Positions 41,728-53,865 of a stretch of DNA of 64,000 nt are shown piece by piece; the first letter of the stretch is position 1, and every line of letters begins with the position of its first letter. The position numbers and the translations under genes are program-made. Where the stretch lies: the NCBI GenBank assembly GCA_003971905.1, contig RSEE01000145.1, positions 62,001 through 126,000 of the forward strand, written 5' to 3'. The notes under the pieces are model-generated. The model was not told where the DNA came from and did no database searches. It saw nothing but the letters and a program-made list of their open reading frames with translations. Source of the stretch: Moniliella sp. 'wahieum' (lineage: Eukaryota).

Positions 41728-42374
41728 AACCTGCTAGAGTGCGACTTGAGAGCACTCGCGATCCTATGGATCAGCTGCAAAGCAGCCTTCAGACAAGGCG
41801 TGAAGGCAAAGTGGTGAGCCACAAGTCTTCAGCAACGTCTGAAGGGAAGGAGAAAGGAGAGAGAGAAGGGAGATGGAGCGAGCAGGGCGTGCGCGGCCTG
41901 CGAGCGGAACGCTTCCGCTCGGCTAGGCGAGCGTCACCGATCCATTGAGGGCCGCGCAGGAGAACCCTAGCAGTACCCTCTAACACTTTTGACTACAAGA
42001 CTTTTGGTTTCGTCAGAGCATATATAGGTGCAGATGATCGATGTGTTTACTTGCGGCGCAATCACGGATCTAGTGCGCAAGCCTCCGGAATGAGGGGGAT
42101 GTGGAAGAAGATCGTCTTGCTCACCATCCCGCTCGATTTGGTATAGGGGTACAAGCATGCACGACTCAATTCCCGTCCCCTCTCTGGCCTTAATTTCACG
42201 GGAATCATTCTGGGCAGAGATGATGTGCATTGCTTGGCTCGCGCGCCCAAAACAGTAGATAGAGGCTGGCCAACCAGCTCTTGCTGAAGTGATACTCATG
42301 CACCTCCCCCTCAATCTCAAAGCCATGTCAAACGTCTGCTCGTTCTTAGTGAGTAGAGACCTAAACGGCGCAGC

Positions 42375-42685
42375 GGCCTTGTCATAGTTTGGCTGATCTC
42401 GCCCATTTCCAATTTCTTCGTCTCGAGCGTCTCGCTCCTTCCCTGTTCCTTCCACTTCGCACCATGTCCTCTGTTCTTGCTTCTTCCCCACGAACGATTG
42501 CTACACCCCTTGGCCTAGTCCGATCCTGGTCTCCCTCGCCTTAGCCCCGACTGTGACATTATCGTTCGTGGGGAAGAAGCAAGAACAGAGGACATGGTGC
42601 GAAGTGGAAGGAACAGGGAAGGAGCGAGACGCTCGAGACGAAGAAATTGGAAATGGGAGCGAGATCAGCCAAACTATGACAGGCC
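42375..42685. repeat. Long near-perfect inverted repeat (arms ~124 bp, 62-bp spacer)
   Basis: 42375-42498 is the reverse complement of 42561-42685 apart from two small indels. Confidence 0.95.
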
Positions 42686-45600
42686 TGACCTCCTAGTATC
42701 CATGTACAAAGAAACGTCCCTCCTCGGTGGCGAGAGCATTACGGATCCGACCAAGCTCGCCCCAGCCTACAACGGCATAAATTTCCTGGACGCCCCCATG
42801 TATCAACCCGTTTGCCTGGGAGAGGAGAAATCATTTACCCGAGAGGAGAGACCATTTGCCCGAGAGGAGAAACCATTTGCCTGCCGTTGGGCTAATGAAA
42901 GATGATCCTGGGGAGATGGCACTCTTGTGAAATCTGCCTTCCAGGAGGTCACGTCCTCCACCCCGGCTTATGTGCACATGCGGAGAATGTCCCATCGTCA
43001 GAACAGCTCAAGCGTCCCATTACTCGAACTGGTTCCTTATCTACTGACTTCAGGTCAGTTCAAAGCCGGGGATTGAAGTCTGCTGGCGCCTTGATTTCCC
43101 AATAGGGTGACATGCATATGGACATACCGCAAGAAGTGTTAGCCAGTGGTCCCAAGACGGCCTTTTGCGAGCTGGGAAGCGTATGACAACCCTTGGTAAA
43201 CAATGAGTTGGATCACCTCGAGCCACTTGATATCAAGAGCCAAAAGATACCACCTCGGACAGGACATGTATGGTTTGTACGGTGGAGCAATTCCCTTCCG
43301 GCAATACGTGCCTCAGTGTGCGGATGAAGTGGTAACCCGTGAATTCCGGATAAACCCGTAAGGGGAAACGCAGCGTGTAACGGATAAGCAGTGCTTATAT
43401 ACACGCCCAAAAAAACGACGAAAATAAAGACAAAGTGCGAGCATCCTGCTCCCCTTCCGTTTCCATTGCGTCTACCGTGCCCGCCTCATTTCCCATTATT
43501 CCCGACCATAGTGCATCTGGATTCGGCATAGATACAATCCACACTGTGAACGGTGCTTCTGCATGTGGCTTTTCCCTGGTTCATGGGGGGGGGTGTTCGG
43601 TTCACACATGTATTCCGATATATGTCTTTCTCCATCAGCGCTTTCTCGTTATAAGCAAACCATTTTGTCTATGTGTCATGTGCGCTCTGCGTCAGCGTTC
43701 TGAGCTCAAGGCGAAATCCATCAACGATGTTGTCCTAATTCTATATTCATGACATAGGAACATTTTCCCCTTTCTGCTGTTTACATTGCCTTTTCTTCTT
43801 TCCCTTCCTCTATTCTATACAATTGGGATGAATCCCTTTTATGGTCCGAGCTTAGACTTCCCGCACGGTTCAGTTCCGCATCCCATCAATGTTTTGTTCT
43901 CTCCTATCCCCCAAGCAGTGACGGGGTGCGCGATTAGTACGTTGGTCCACGTGATGCGCTTTACTCTTCACCTCTTCTGGTTGGTATAAAAGACAGCCGT
44001 TTCCTTGAGCGTGAGGACACACCTTGCTATAAATAGATGCTTTTGATGTCTGGGCTGAATAAGGGCCAGCAAGCTTGATTGAGCCTATACGCTCTTCCTT
44101 CGCTTTCTCACCCCGATAAGATCAGCTCCCAGGCGGGCAAGAGGATTTTGGCTCGTGTATTAAGCCGGGCATAGGTCCCTGTTTCCATGCGGGCCAGCCG
44201 ACCCAACGGGGATGCTGTTTCCTACCCCATGGAGTCGAGATGAGATGACGTCCAGTATAAGGCATGAGACGGGCAAAAGCCATACAAAGGGGAGTGTGAT
44301 GTTACTGGTCTTTGGGGATCCTATCAGATGTAAGGCCCGAGCTTTGTTCATGTGCGCCCCAGAACTCGCTCCCAACCCCAGCCAAATGAGCTAGGGACTT
44401 GGGTTGTATACCGTGTCCCTATAGTGGCAATCAACCCTAAGCATTCGTAGCGATGATAGTCCCTCCTTTCCTAGTCATATTTGTGGTTCTTCCCCACGTT
44501 TGGTCCCTGTCGGATGGCGCACAACTGGTCCATTTTTCATCGTTACTTGCCTGGAAATGTTTGCTTTGTGGTGACTGTGCTCCCCAGTTTAGCCCTCTTG
44601 ATGATCTCAGCCTCGTCAACAGCCGAGTTCGGTCGGAGCATCTCAAAGCGGACTGCTCCAACCATTGAAAACGTTGTCCCAATTGTAGCAACGTGGCCGT
44701 TTTGGATTCGTACATTCGCGGTGCGGTAGTAGGTATTCGAGGCCGGTCCACGGCACTTCTATACTTGAGACATTGCAAAGAGAGACAACGAAGGACGCAG
44801 AGGCATCTCGAAAGCTTTTTGGTCTCATAAACCGTGGGAGGGAGCGCATAGTCCCCCACAGAGGAAATTTGGCCGACGTCTGGTGAAATTGGGCATCACT
44901 GATGTGGGAACATCCCGCCTGGACCCGTGGTCCACACCCAGTTATCCACCTCCAAAAGGATTGAAGCATCAGACGCGATCAGAACGTGCAGGTGAAGACG
45001 TGAGCCTGCGTAAGCCGGTGCCGTGCTCCCCTTCGAACTCGTTGAGTTTTCTGATAGGCCATGGGATGTCAAATAATTCTTCCAGAGCGGAACGGACGGA
45101 CGGAGACACATATTCACCGCAGAACTGTGGGATGCCTGGACATCAAATGAATTAGGCGGGATGATGAGCTGGACTCGCCTTTAAATACTACAGTGTCATC
45201 ACACGGGCGGCAGTGGGTTCAGACAAGGAGATGAGACTGAACCGACTCCCACAAGAACCACATTGATCTCACCCTGGAATTATTGTTTATGCTGAGACCT
45301 AATGGCTAGTAAGTGCCGAAAGTTTTGACACCGTGGACCTCATAAAATAAAGGATCTGATATTGGCGAGTTTAGGGGCAACATGCCGGTCGTTCAAATCT
45401 CAGAGCTCAAAAATGGATCCGTATGCAACCTTATCACACAAGCCGCCCCCTTTGATGGTACACTCAGTCAGTAGCATTCCCGTCCACCTTTATCAACAAG
45501 CTCAAGCAAGAAACTGGGGTATCGACCTTGATTCTGATCTCCATGGTGTACCTCTTAAACCCAAATGGGGGCATCCAGATTGGTGTTCGCCCATCACGGA

Positions 45601-47047
45601 ATGATTTTTCCGCAGAAATGAGCCCAACTTTGTCTTGGCCTTCCACCTTGTGATTGCTACAGTGCCATTGTTTGAGGTATGGGGGGGAGGGGGGTTGACG
45701 GTTCCCCAACATGCTCGGCCTAAACATAAATGCTAGCAAGAGATGGAAAAAGGCTTGAGGTACCCATATCTATGTCTCCTCTTTTTTGTCTCCTCTTTTT
45801 TGTTGTCGGCACCATCAAACCAGCGGAAGAGAGAAATTGTTTGAGTGTCGAAAGCTGAGTGGGAATGAGAAACCAATTTATCAAACACACAGGCAGCACT
45901 CAATATCCAGCAATCCCTGATATATTAGAAATGTCATAGGTCAGACTTTGGCTATTCACTATGATTCCGGCATGGCGTGCTATAAGAGGGGCTATCGTAC
46001 CAGGAACAGCGAAAACACTCGAGAGAACCAGTCCAATTAATGCCGGTTTTGAGGTATGCATATCAAAAAGGAAGCGTGAAAGGAAGCCTTAATTAAGGCC
46101 GCAAGGCTTCACAGGCTTTGCCTGTTTTGTCATCGTTTCTCGTGAGCCGCAGTATTAGAACTATCAGCTGTTTTGTTCAACGTTTATGAATAGTGGGAAT
46201 GCTATTACCCCGTTCACGAAGAACAAAATGAAAACAACAGAGACTGTAAGAGCAATGTCCTTCAATATTCCCATATGCGCAACTTCTTCCACGTACTCAA
46301 TCGCGAATGTGGTGCAGTTGCTGCTCATAAGTCCTCTCACGAACGTCATGCATGTACATTTACTCCAGGTGGACATGTTAGTAATCGCGGGGGGCATTAA
46401 TGGAATTGCGGCGAGGGCAGAGGAATCACAACACGTCGATACAAATGTTGATGTCTTCCCAAGGATCTGAGACTTTGAGTCACGCTAACGCCCTGTTTTC
46501 AGCTCCATTGCATTTTCGCATCTGCCTTCTGGACCTTCACTGGAGGGCAACTCGTAAGCGAACGATAGTTCCTAATCATACCCAAAAATAATAAGATCCT
46601 CATCTCTGTTTATCCCTCAAAGGAGTTCAGTGCCCAGTTCATCCATCGGGGGTACACATTTACGAGACATGATGATAATATTAGGTTACATTAAGGTCCC
46701 CTTCATGGTAGCCGCTCTTGCACAGCGTCTGCTATGTGTAGCCATTTACCACCTGTCAACATCTGTCCACAGAAAATCAATAAGGCGCTACACTCATTAT
46801 GCTTCAACACCAGGTAACCAGTCTTGAGATGCAACCGTTTACTGCTCGATTCGAAGAGACGCATACCCATAGCACATTTTAACCAATTGGACTTGGATTT
46901 GTCAAACATGAAAAGAATAAAGTAGCGAGTAACTTGTGTCATGGATGCCTAATCGAGTTGAAAGCATTTGGGTTTTTCTATTTATCTTCAAAGTGACACC
47001 AGACACCGCACTTGTAGGTCACTAATGACTCGCTTGTTTTTGTTTAA

Positions 47048-47200
47048 CTAGAGGACCACCGGGCCTACGGCCCGGTCAGCTGGGGCTTCGCCCCAGCTTG
47101 GTGCTTGGTGCACCGTCGCCACCTTAGCCACCGTTCCCCCTTCGCCACCTTAGCCAGCGGTCCACCTCCGGTCCACCTTCGCCACCGTAGCCACCGTTCC
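47048..47200 (-). mobile_element. Helitron-like 3' terminus
   Basis: Minus strand reads CAGCTGGGGC-GAA-GCCCCAGCTG, ACCGGGCC-GTA-GGCCCGGT, GGTCCT-CTAG|T: GC hairpins just before a terminal CTAG followed by host T. Confidence 0.7.
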
Positions 47201-47361
47201 ACGCTGGAGGGGCGAATTTTGTCACCCATGTGCATCGGCCTGGCTGCGCCGGCCAGGAACGTGACGGGTGGCATGCTGATGGACAAATTTACGAACGGGG
47301 AAAGAAACACACGTTCCAATTTTATTAAGAGTGAAATGTGATGAAGTTGTTTGCCCATTCG

Positions 47362-47603
47362 TGCTAGAGTCCGGCTAGGAACGCTACGGGCAGCACGAAA
47401 TGAGCTTCAAGGCGTACGAGAAGCAGGGCAGTCAGCCACAAGTCCTTCAAGCAAGCTGAAGGGAAGAAGACAAGAGCCAAGCAAGTAAGTCGGAACAGAC
47501 AAAGGTGTGGCGCAGACCGCGCAAGGGAAGAACCCGAACCAGCGAGCATCACCATACGATACATGGAGAGAGTGTAGGTGAACCCTAGCACTACCCTCTA
47601 GCA
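47362..47603 (-). mobile_element. Solo LTR, related subfamily
   Basis: Terminal inverted repeat TGCTAGAG...CTCTAGCA; AGCCACAAGTC.TTCAAGCAA and AACCCTAGCA.TACCCTCTA blocks shared with the other LTRs; perfect 5-bp TSD ATTCG (47357-47361 / 47604-47608). Confidence 0.92.
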
Positions 47604-50600
47604 ATTCGGTGCGTTTGTGCATTTTCCACTGCAAACACCAAATCATAGTCATGTGAGCACATGGTACTGAATACTTTACCCAATAATAATACTCCAAGGT
47701 CACGGGAGCCCCCCGGTCGGTTGAAGTCATGGAGCACTTTTCATTCTCCCTATGCGCCACGGATAAAGGCGGATTTTGATTGATCTTTTATTCATTGTTG
47801 TCGCAGTGTCAGCGGTGCTGCAAGAAGATTAAGTCAACACTTGCAAACGTGATCTCCTTTCAATATTAGTTGGACTGCGCAGCCAGCTGAGATTGGGGGT
47901 GGCAAAATAACATCACATTTCCTACAATGATCCTGAGGATCTACACCCAGAAGAAGATAGATGATACCCATTGCCGCTGCAGTGGTAATGGTCACATACG
48001 CATTGAATTCATCTGTCCATAATATGAGCACTGTAGGTTGTGCACCATCTCTCGCTGTTCATTTCTTGACGCCATCCCCCGCCTTCTCCCGGTAAGCTGT
48101 GTCAGGTCATCCCATCGGAACAGTGAACCTTCTTAGCACCCGAGCCCCGATGGAAGAGGGAATCACCACAGGCCCAAGTGAGACAGACAATCAAGCGGAT
48201 TGCCTAATTGGAGCGCATTTGTGAAAACATAAATGAGTATGGTTATTTTTGGTCGTCAAATACATGTCACTCTCTCCTGCAAGTGAGCACCTAACTGATC
48301 GCATGCCGCCAGTGTAGTACGCAATTTATGGGCACAACAACAGTTGTCTTGTCCACCCCGCATTGCATAGACACTTTGCTCCGCATATGGTGACTAAATG
48401 CTCTGCGCCTCAACTAAAAGCGGGAGTAAAAGGCCCAAACTAAATGTAATGATCAAGGGCCTGCACCTAGACCCATTTCGATACATTCACACTGGTCTCG
48501 ATTATCGATGTGACTCTTTTGATCTTATCCTACTTCAGCATTTCGCTCATTGAACCATCCTATCTAGAAGACCGAAGCATCGATAATCAATTGCCATCGT
48601 CAACATGCGTCCTGAGTACGGTAATCAACCCCACCTATTTCACCCCGTTTATCGAAATTGGTAAACCATCGATCAACTTCTGTTGTCAATCTGCCTCTAG
48701 ACCACCCAATTAGCCTTTGCAGCCTTTCGTTATTCACGAGATTGTATTGCTCGGTGCTCGAGTCCCCTACAGTTTGGGGTTACTCATTGCAACTCATTTT
48801 AACGTCATGGCTTTATGAGAACCTATTTCGTCTCAAACGTCCAACACCTGGCTCAAGGTCAAGCACTGAGCCCAGAAACTCCTATTGCATTTCTTTTCAA
48901 AGAACACAACCCGAAAGTGATGCAACATTCGTGTGACAACTTGGCACCAACTTGGCATCTGCGCTTATAGCTGTTACCTATAACCTGGCCATACAACTAG
49001 GTCAGGCCTGACCTTGCAGTCAGGTATGCCCGTCGCTACCGTAGTGCCTGGGCACGGAGGTATTGCTGGTGACCCCAGGTTCAGTGATTATGCCACTGTT
49101 GGCAAGGCGATGCGATGACCATATCTAGACTGGTAGCAGCACTGATAATACGGGGCTATCGCGGCTTCAGTTCATGCTGTGGATAGCACCGTGTTCATAA
49201 ACATCCATTGTAGAGGGACGGAGAGAGGCAGGACAAGAGAGAGCCCAATATGTCTTGGGTTCCTGGGGTCCCAGCGACAAGGATCACATCCGACGCTTTT
49301 CATTGCAACTAATAACTACACTGAGGTGCAACAATTGCAGGGATAGGGTAGCCCCCCACAAGGTGCATGAAGCCGGAGTTGAGGATGTGGGCCAGCAGTG
49401 GAAGAAGCAAAGAGGCGGAGACCAGAGGAGGCCCTCAACTAAGATGATGTTTTGGCTCTACACTGTGCATAGTTGACGTAGGTGGAGAACCAAAGGATCG
49501 TTGTTTTTGGCCTATATACACAGGCGGAGGACTGAAGGGGAAAACCCGCAGTAGAGGGAGAAAAGCGGGGGGATAGACACGAGCTGCGGAGCTGTCACCA
49601 TAGGCAACCTAGGCCCTCCCCAATACGGACGATAAGTGTGTAAGAACAGGAAATGTACACAGGCAAGAGCCAGCTGTCGTCGCAAAAGGATATTCAGTTG
49701 ATGGCCGTTCGCAGCCCCGCACACGGTACCACGGCACTCCACGATTGTGTGACTATAGGTTGGGAGTGGGAGCGAAGAGCTCGGCAAACTATAAACATAG
49801 TCTAACCTGATCTGAGAGCTGGATTCCCGAAAGCCACTGAAGACTGCAGGGAGGGGACGGTGATTCCCATGGCACTGAGGGCGGACGCTGTGCACAAAAA
49901 TTGGAGGCAGCTTCAAAATGTAACAGGGGCCGGGTGGTATGCCAGGTGGTATCAAGACTGAATGAACGCATCATATCGACCGAGATTCCCATGAGACGTA
50001 CTACCATCATGTCTGTCCGCAGTGCCAGTATCCGCAGCGTTGCCGCTGACCGCCTCTCGCTTTGAGTCCCAATGGTCTGCCATGTGTTTGGAAGAGGTGT
50101 TTGAAAGAGGTGTGTCTCTGCAGCTTGCGAGGGTCTGCCTCGAGAGATAACCGGACAACCCGTACCAATTGAAGGTCTTTGCACCTACATACTAACGAGC
50201 CTCAATTGAGAGAGGTTATAGGCTGGCGATGGATCACTTAAATTGTCTAATCTCGAATTACGAAACCTTCTCGAGGTATCAAAATATCGATGGAGGACCC
50301 TTTCGCTCCGGCAATATAACCGTGCTCGAATGCGACTGGAGAGAGCAGTTGGAGATCCTGCGGCACGAGAGCCACCGAAGAGCCTTCCGACACGGGGGTG
50401 GGGCATGAATCACACTATGCGAGGATTTGATGATAGTACGCCCACTAAATAGTAGACTTGTGGCAGTGGCAGGCGAACAAGGCAGGAGAGATGGGGGGAG
50501 GCAGCCCGGAGGCGCAAAAACAGGAGGAGGAGTGGAACAGAGACGGAACGGGGCCACCTCGCACAGACTATTCAAGTAAAGTATGCATTGGGGTGGGTCT

Positions 50601-53118
50601 CTCACCTCAGGGGACTCGCCTCTCCGCGACAGAGTTCGATGGAGAGCGCATAGGTGTTGGGCGAGAGAAAGAAGAAGTGTTCGGGGTTCGGGCAGGTAAG
50701 TTGCGACACAGAAAGGCCCATCATATCCACATCCACACTCCTTTGACACTCCTCCTGCAGCTGTGCACAACAACCGGATGGATCCAGCTAAGCCGCGTTG
50801 TATATATAGTCCCAACGGCCGTCTCGTCTCATAATGATTCCGTCTCGGCAGCGTCGTATCCGATAAGTCGAGTGAGATGCTCCAGCTCTTGGTTGTACAC
50901 GGCGGGAGGGGTGCATTGGCCGTGTCGATGAGTATGCCGCGCGTGCCATCGACGAACAGCCATGTCACGCTGGGCGTTCGCACTAGTGGGGTCGAGCACG
51001 TACCGCTGCCAGGCAAATTGCATCTCGCCGCGTTGGACATACGCCTTCGACGATTTCGTCAGGCTGGAAGAACTGTAAGCGATTGCGATCGCGTCCCGAG
51101 AGGAGCAAGACGATGAGATGGGACATTAGGTTCTGATCGTCGCGTGCGAGCAAGAGATGAAAGCTTGTGCGTGAGCCGCGAGAGCGATGACGGGGTTGAC
51201 GACGTGCGAATGCGCAGCGAAAGTGGTGAGGTGAATACTACGACCGTCAAACTGCTAGCCCGCGGCGAGAAAGGGGATAGTCAAGCCCAACGATTGCAGT
51301 TGAACGCCGAGGCCCGCATATATATCTCGATGATCGCATTCCACCACATCCGCGCGGCTCGCCTCGTGAGAGGCACAGATGGCGGGCAAAGGTATCCCTG
51401 CTGTGTACGTCCGCCACAGCCAGCCAAGGTCGGATTGTAGCGCCGCGTGAAGGCTCTGACCTGGAGACACCTAGTCTCTAAACCACAGACGATCAGCGAG
51501 TAGTAATCAAGTAACGAGGTGAGCGAGAAAAAGGGGAAGGGGGAAGGAAGGTGGTGGCGAAGAGGACAGAGCAAGCAGTGGGACAGGAATGTACACGTGG
51601 CCTGCTGGCCTGCGCGCGGCAACTCTAGGGTCTAGCTTTCACATCTACGAATCAGGCAAGGCACCGGTGGGTGACGTGGCAACAGTATCAGAGGCCGCTC
51701 ATCGATGAGTGTTAGATGATCCGTATACCCATGTAGGGGCTACTATATTAGCCCCTTGCCAAAAATCCCAGCTTCATTTTTGAACTGATGACGTCCTCCA
51801 GCGTGTTGTTGCTCGTTTTCGCCCAACCCATATAGGAAACCAGAGCAGTCGCGAGCAAACCAGAACCCTCTACTGGTGCCTGGCACATCGGTTTCCAAAC
51901 GCCGAGTAACGCGCGTGGGTACGAATCACTGCGTGGTAGACATCCGAGTGGTGAACCATTTCCCCTGTTGAGACAGTCATTAGTGAATTCTGTGACCCAC
52001 AGCTGAGTCCATTCCTGATCTTCCAAAGGCTGCAGGCCTGGCACCACTCTCGGTAGTAGTCAGTCCGCATCGTCTTGCACGCACGCCTCGTCCCATCCGC
52101 GTCCTCCGTTGAGGTAGTGGGTGTAATAGCACGCTGATATATGCATGCCAAAGTGACCGTCCTTCGTACCTCGGTCGCCTTGGATCCGTCTGACCTTTCT
52201 GTGCAGATGAACGGGTCAGCCTCTTTGGCCAGCAGGTCGTCCAGCTTGCCCACCATCTGCATGGTGCGCAGCAGGTGGCGCAGCTTGTTCTGAGTAGTAT
52301 GCACGCACCTATTAACGAAACCAAGCCAAAGACAACAGCGGTGGCAAGCCAATAGCGACGATTGCGGAACGAGAAATGAATCAACAAGCGGAGAAACGAG
52401 GAGAGATGAAGGCGACCGAGGGAGACGCGAGATTGGAAGTGTGGGCGCGTGATCAGCCACTGATGCATGGGTTATCCGTTCCTACTGAACGTCTAACCAT
52501 CGATCCCACAGCATTCCGCAGAAACGGGAAAGACGGAGCAGAATCCCCCTCTCCCTGGGTACGTCTGATCCTGACACCGGGCCCACGTCAATTACCGAAA
52601 GCCTTCCCTCAAAAGCACAGCCATTAAGAGGTTCTACCGGCTAATACCCGAAACATACATCGTACCACTCCTACTGCCGCCATAGGCCTCTTCCCTCGAG
52701 GCCCGTACCACACCCCGTGTTGCGATATACCCCCTTACCATCTTTCAATACCGCTACGACTCCAGTCCGGGCCGTTCTCTGTCCCACGCCCTACCTCTCC
52801 ACGTTGCGTCCGGGCGCAATGACCACCCCATTCCGAACGAAAAAAGTAGATGAGTCCACCACTGTGCACGGGGCGGAGTAAGAGGTTTGCGAGACCATTG
52901 ACCCCTGCAGAGGGCAGACTAATAGCTGAGAGCCGTGAGCCGAGAGGTGCGGTTCAAACTGAGGAGTTAGGAGGGCAGTGTGCATGGAGTGGCCCGGAAA
53001 GGCATGGAGCCGGCGGGGGGGGGGAGGGACATGGAAGTGTAGTAACTGTGTGTAGATGTAGTGCCGCAATTGAGGGAAGATGTGAACGGGAAGATAACCC
53101 CATCTGCTGTTTTCCCAG

Positions 53119-53826
53119 TTTCCTTTCCTTTCCTTTCCTTTCCTTTCCTTTCCTTTCCTTTCCTTCCTTTCCTTTCCTTTCCTTTCCTTTCCTTTCCTTT
53201 CCTTTCCTTTCCTTTCCTTTTCCTTTCCTTTCCTTTTCCTTTCCTTTCCTTTCCTTTCCTTTCCTTCCTTCCTTTCCTTTCTTCCTTTCTTTTTCCTTTC
53301 CTTTCCTTTCCTTTCCTTTCCTTTCCTTTCCTTTCCTTTCCTTTTTTCCTTTCCTTTTTTCCTTTCCTTTTTCCTTTCCTTTTTCCTTTCCTTTCCTTTC
53401 CTTTTCCTTTCCTTTCCTTTCCTTTCCACCCACCCCATCCACCACCTCCAACGAAGCGAAGCGAAACGAAACAAAACGAAACCAACCAAACCAAACCAAA
53501 CGAAACCAAGTGAAACCGGACCAAAACCAATCCACAACCGAGCAAAGTCGGACCAAGACCAAGACCAAGACCAAGACCAGACCAAGACCAAGACCAAGAC
53601 CAAGACCAAGACCAAGACCAAGACCAAGACCAAACCAAGACCAAGACCAAGACCAAGACCAAGACCAAGACCAAGACCAAGACCAAGGCGGCCCACCCAC
53701 CGCGCTTCCCTGCGCTCCGCTCTGCGCTCCCTTGACCTGGTACCAAGCCACTCCACTTCAAGCAAGCTGGCCCAAGCCAAGCCACTCCAAGCCCAGCCAA
53801 GCTGACCCAAGCCAAGCTGACCCAAG
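53119..53826. repeat. Compound microsatellite: (TTTCC)n, (CGAAA/CCAAA)n, (CCAAGA)n, (CCAAG)n
   Basis: TTTCC run 53119-53427; CCAAGA run ~53552-53686. Confidence 0.95.
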
Positions 53827-53865
53827 GACGCAAGCCACCCCAAGCACAGCACACCAAGGGGGGGC

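Larger units (their letters stand above)
37875..41985 (-). mobile_element. Intact non-autonomous copia/Ty5-type LTR retroelement (4.1 kb)
   Basis: LTRs 37875-38156 and 41732-41985 (TG...CA); TSD CTTTT at 37870-37874 and 41986-41990; minus-strand PBS GGTTATGTCGCCC abutting the 5' LTR; PPT-like GAGGGGGG before the 3' LTR; no RT/RH/IN motifs seen inside. Confidence 0.93.
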
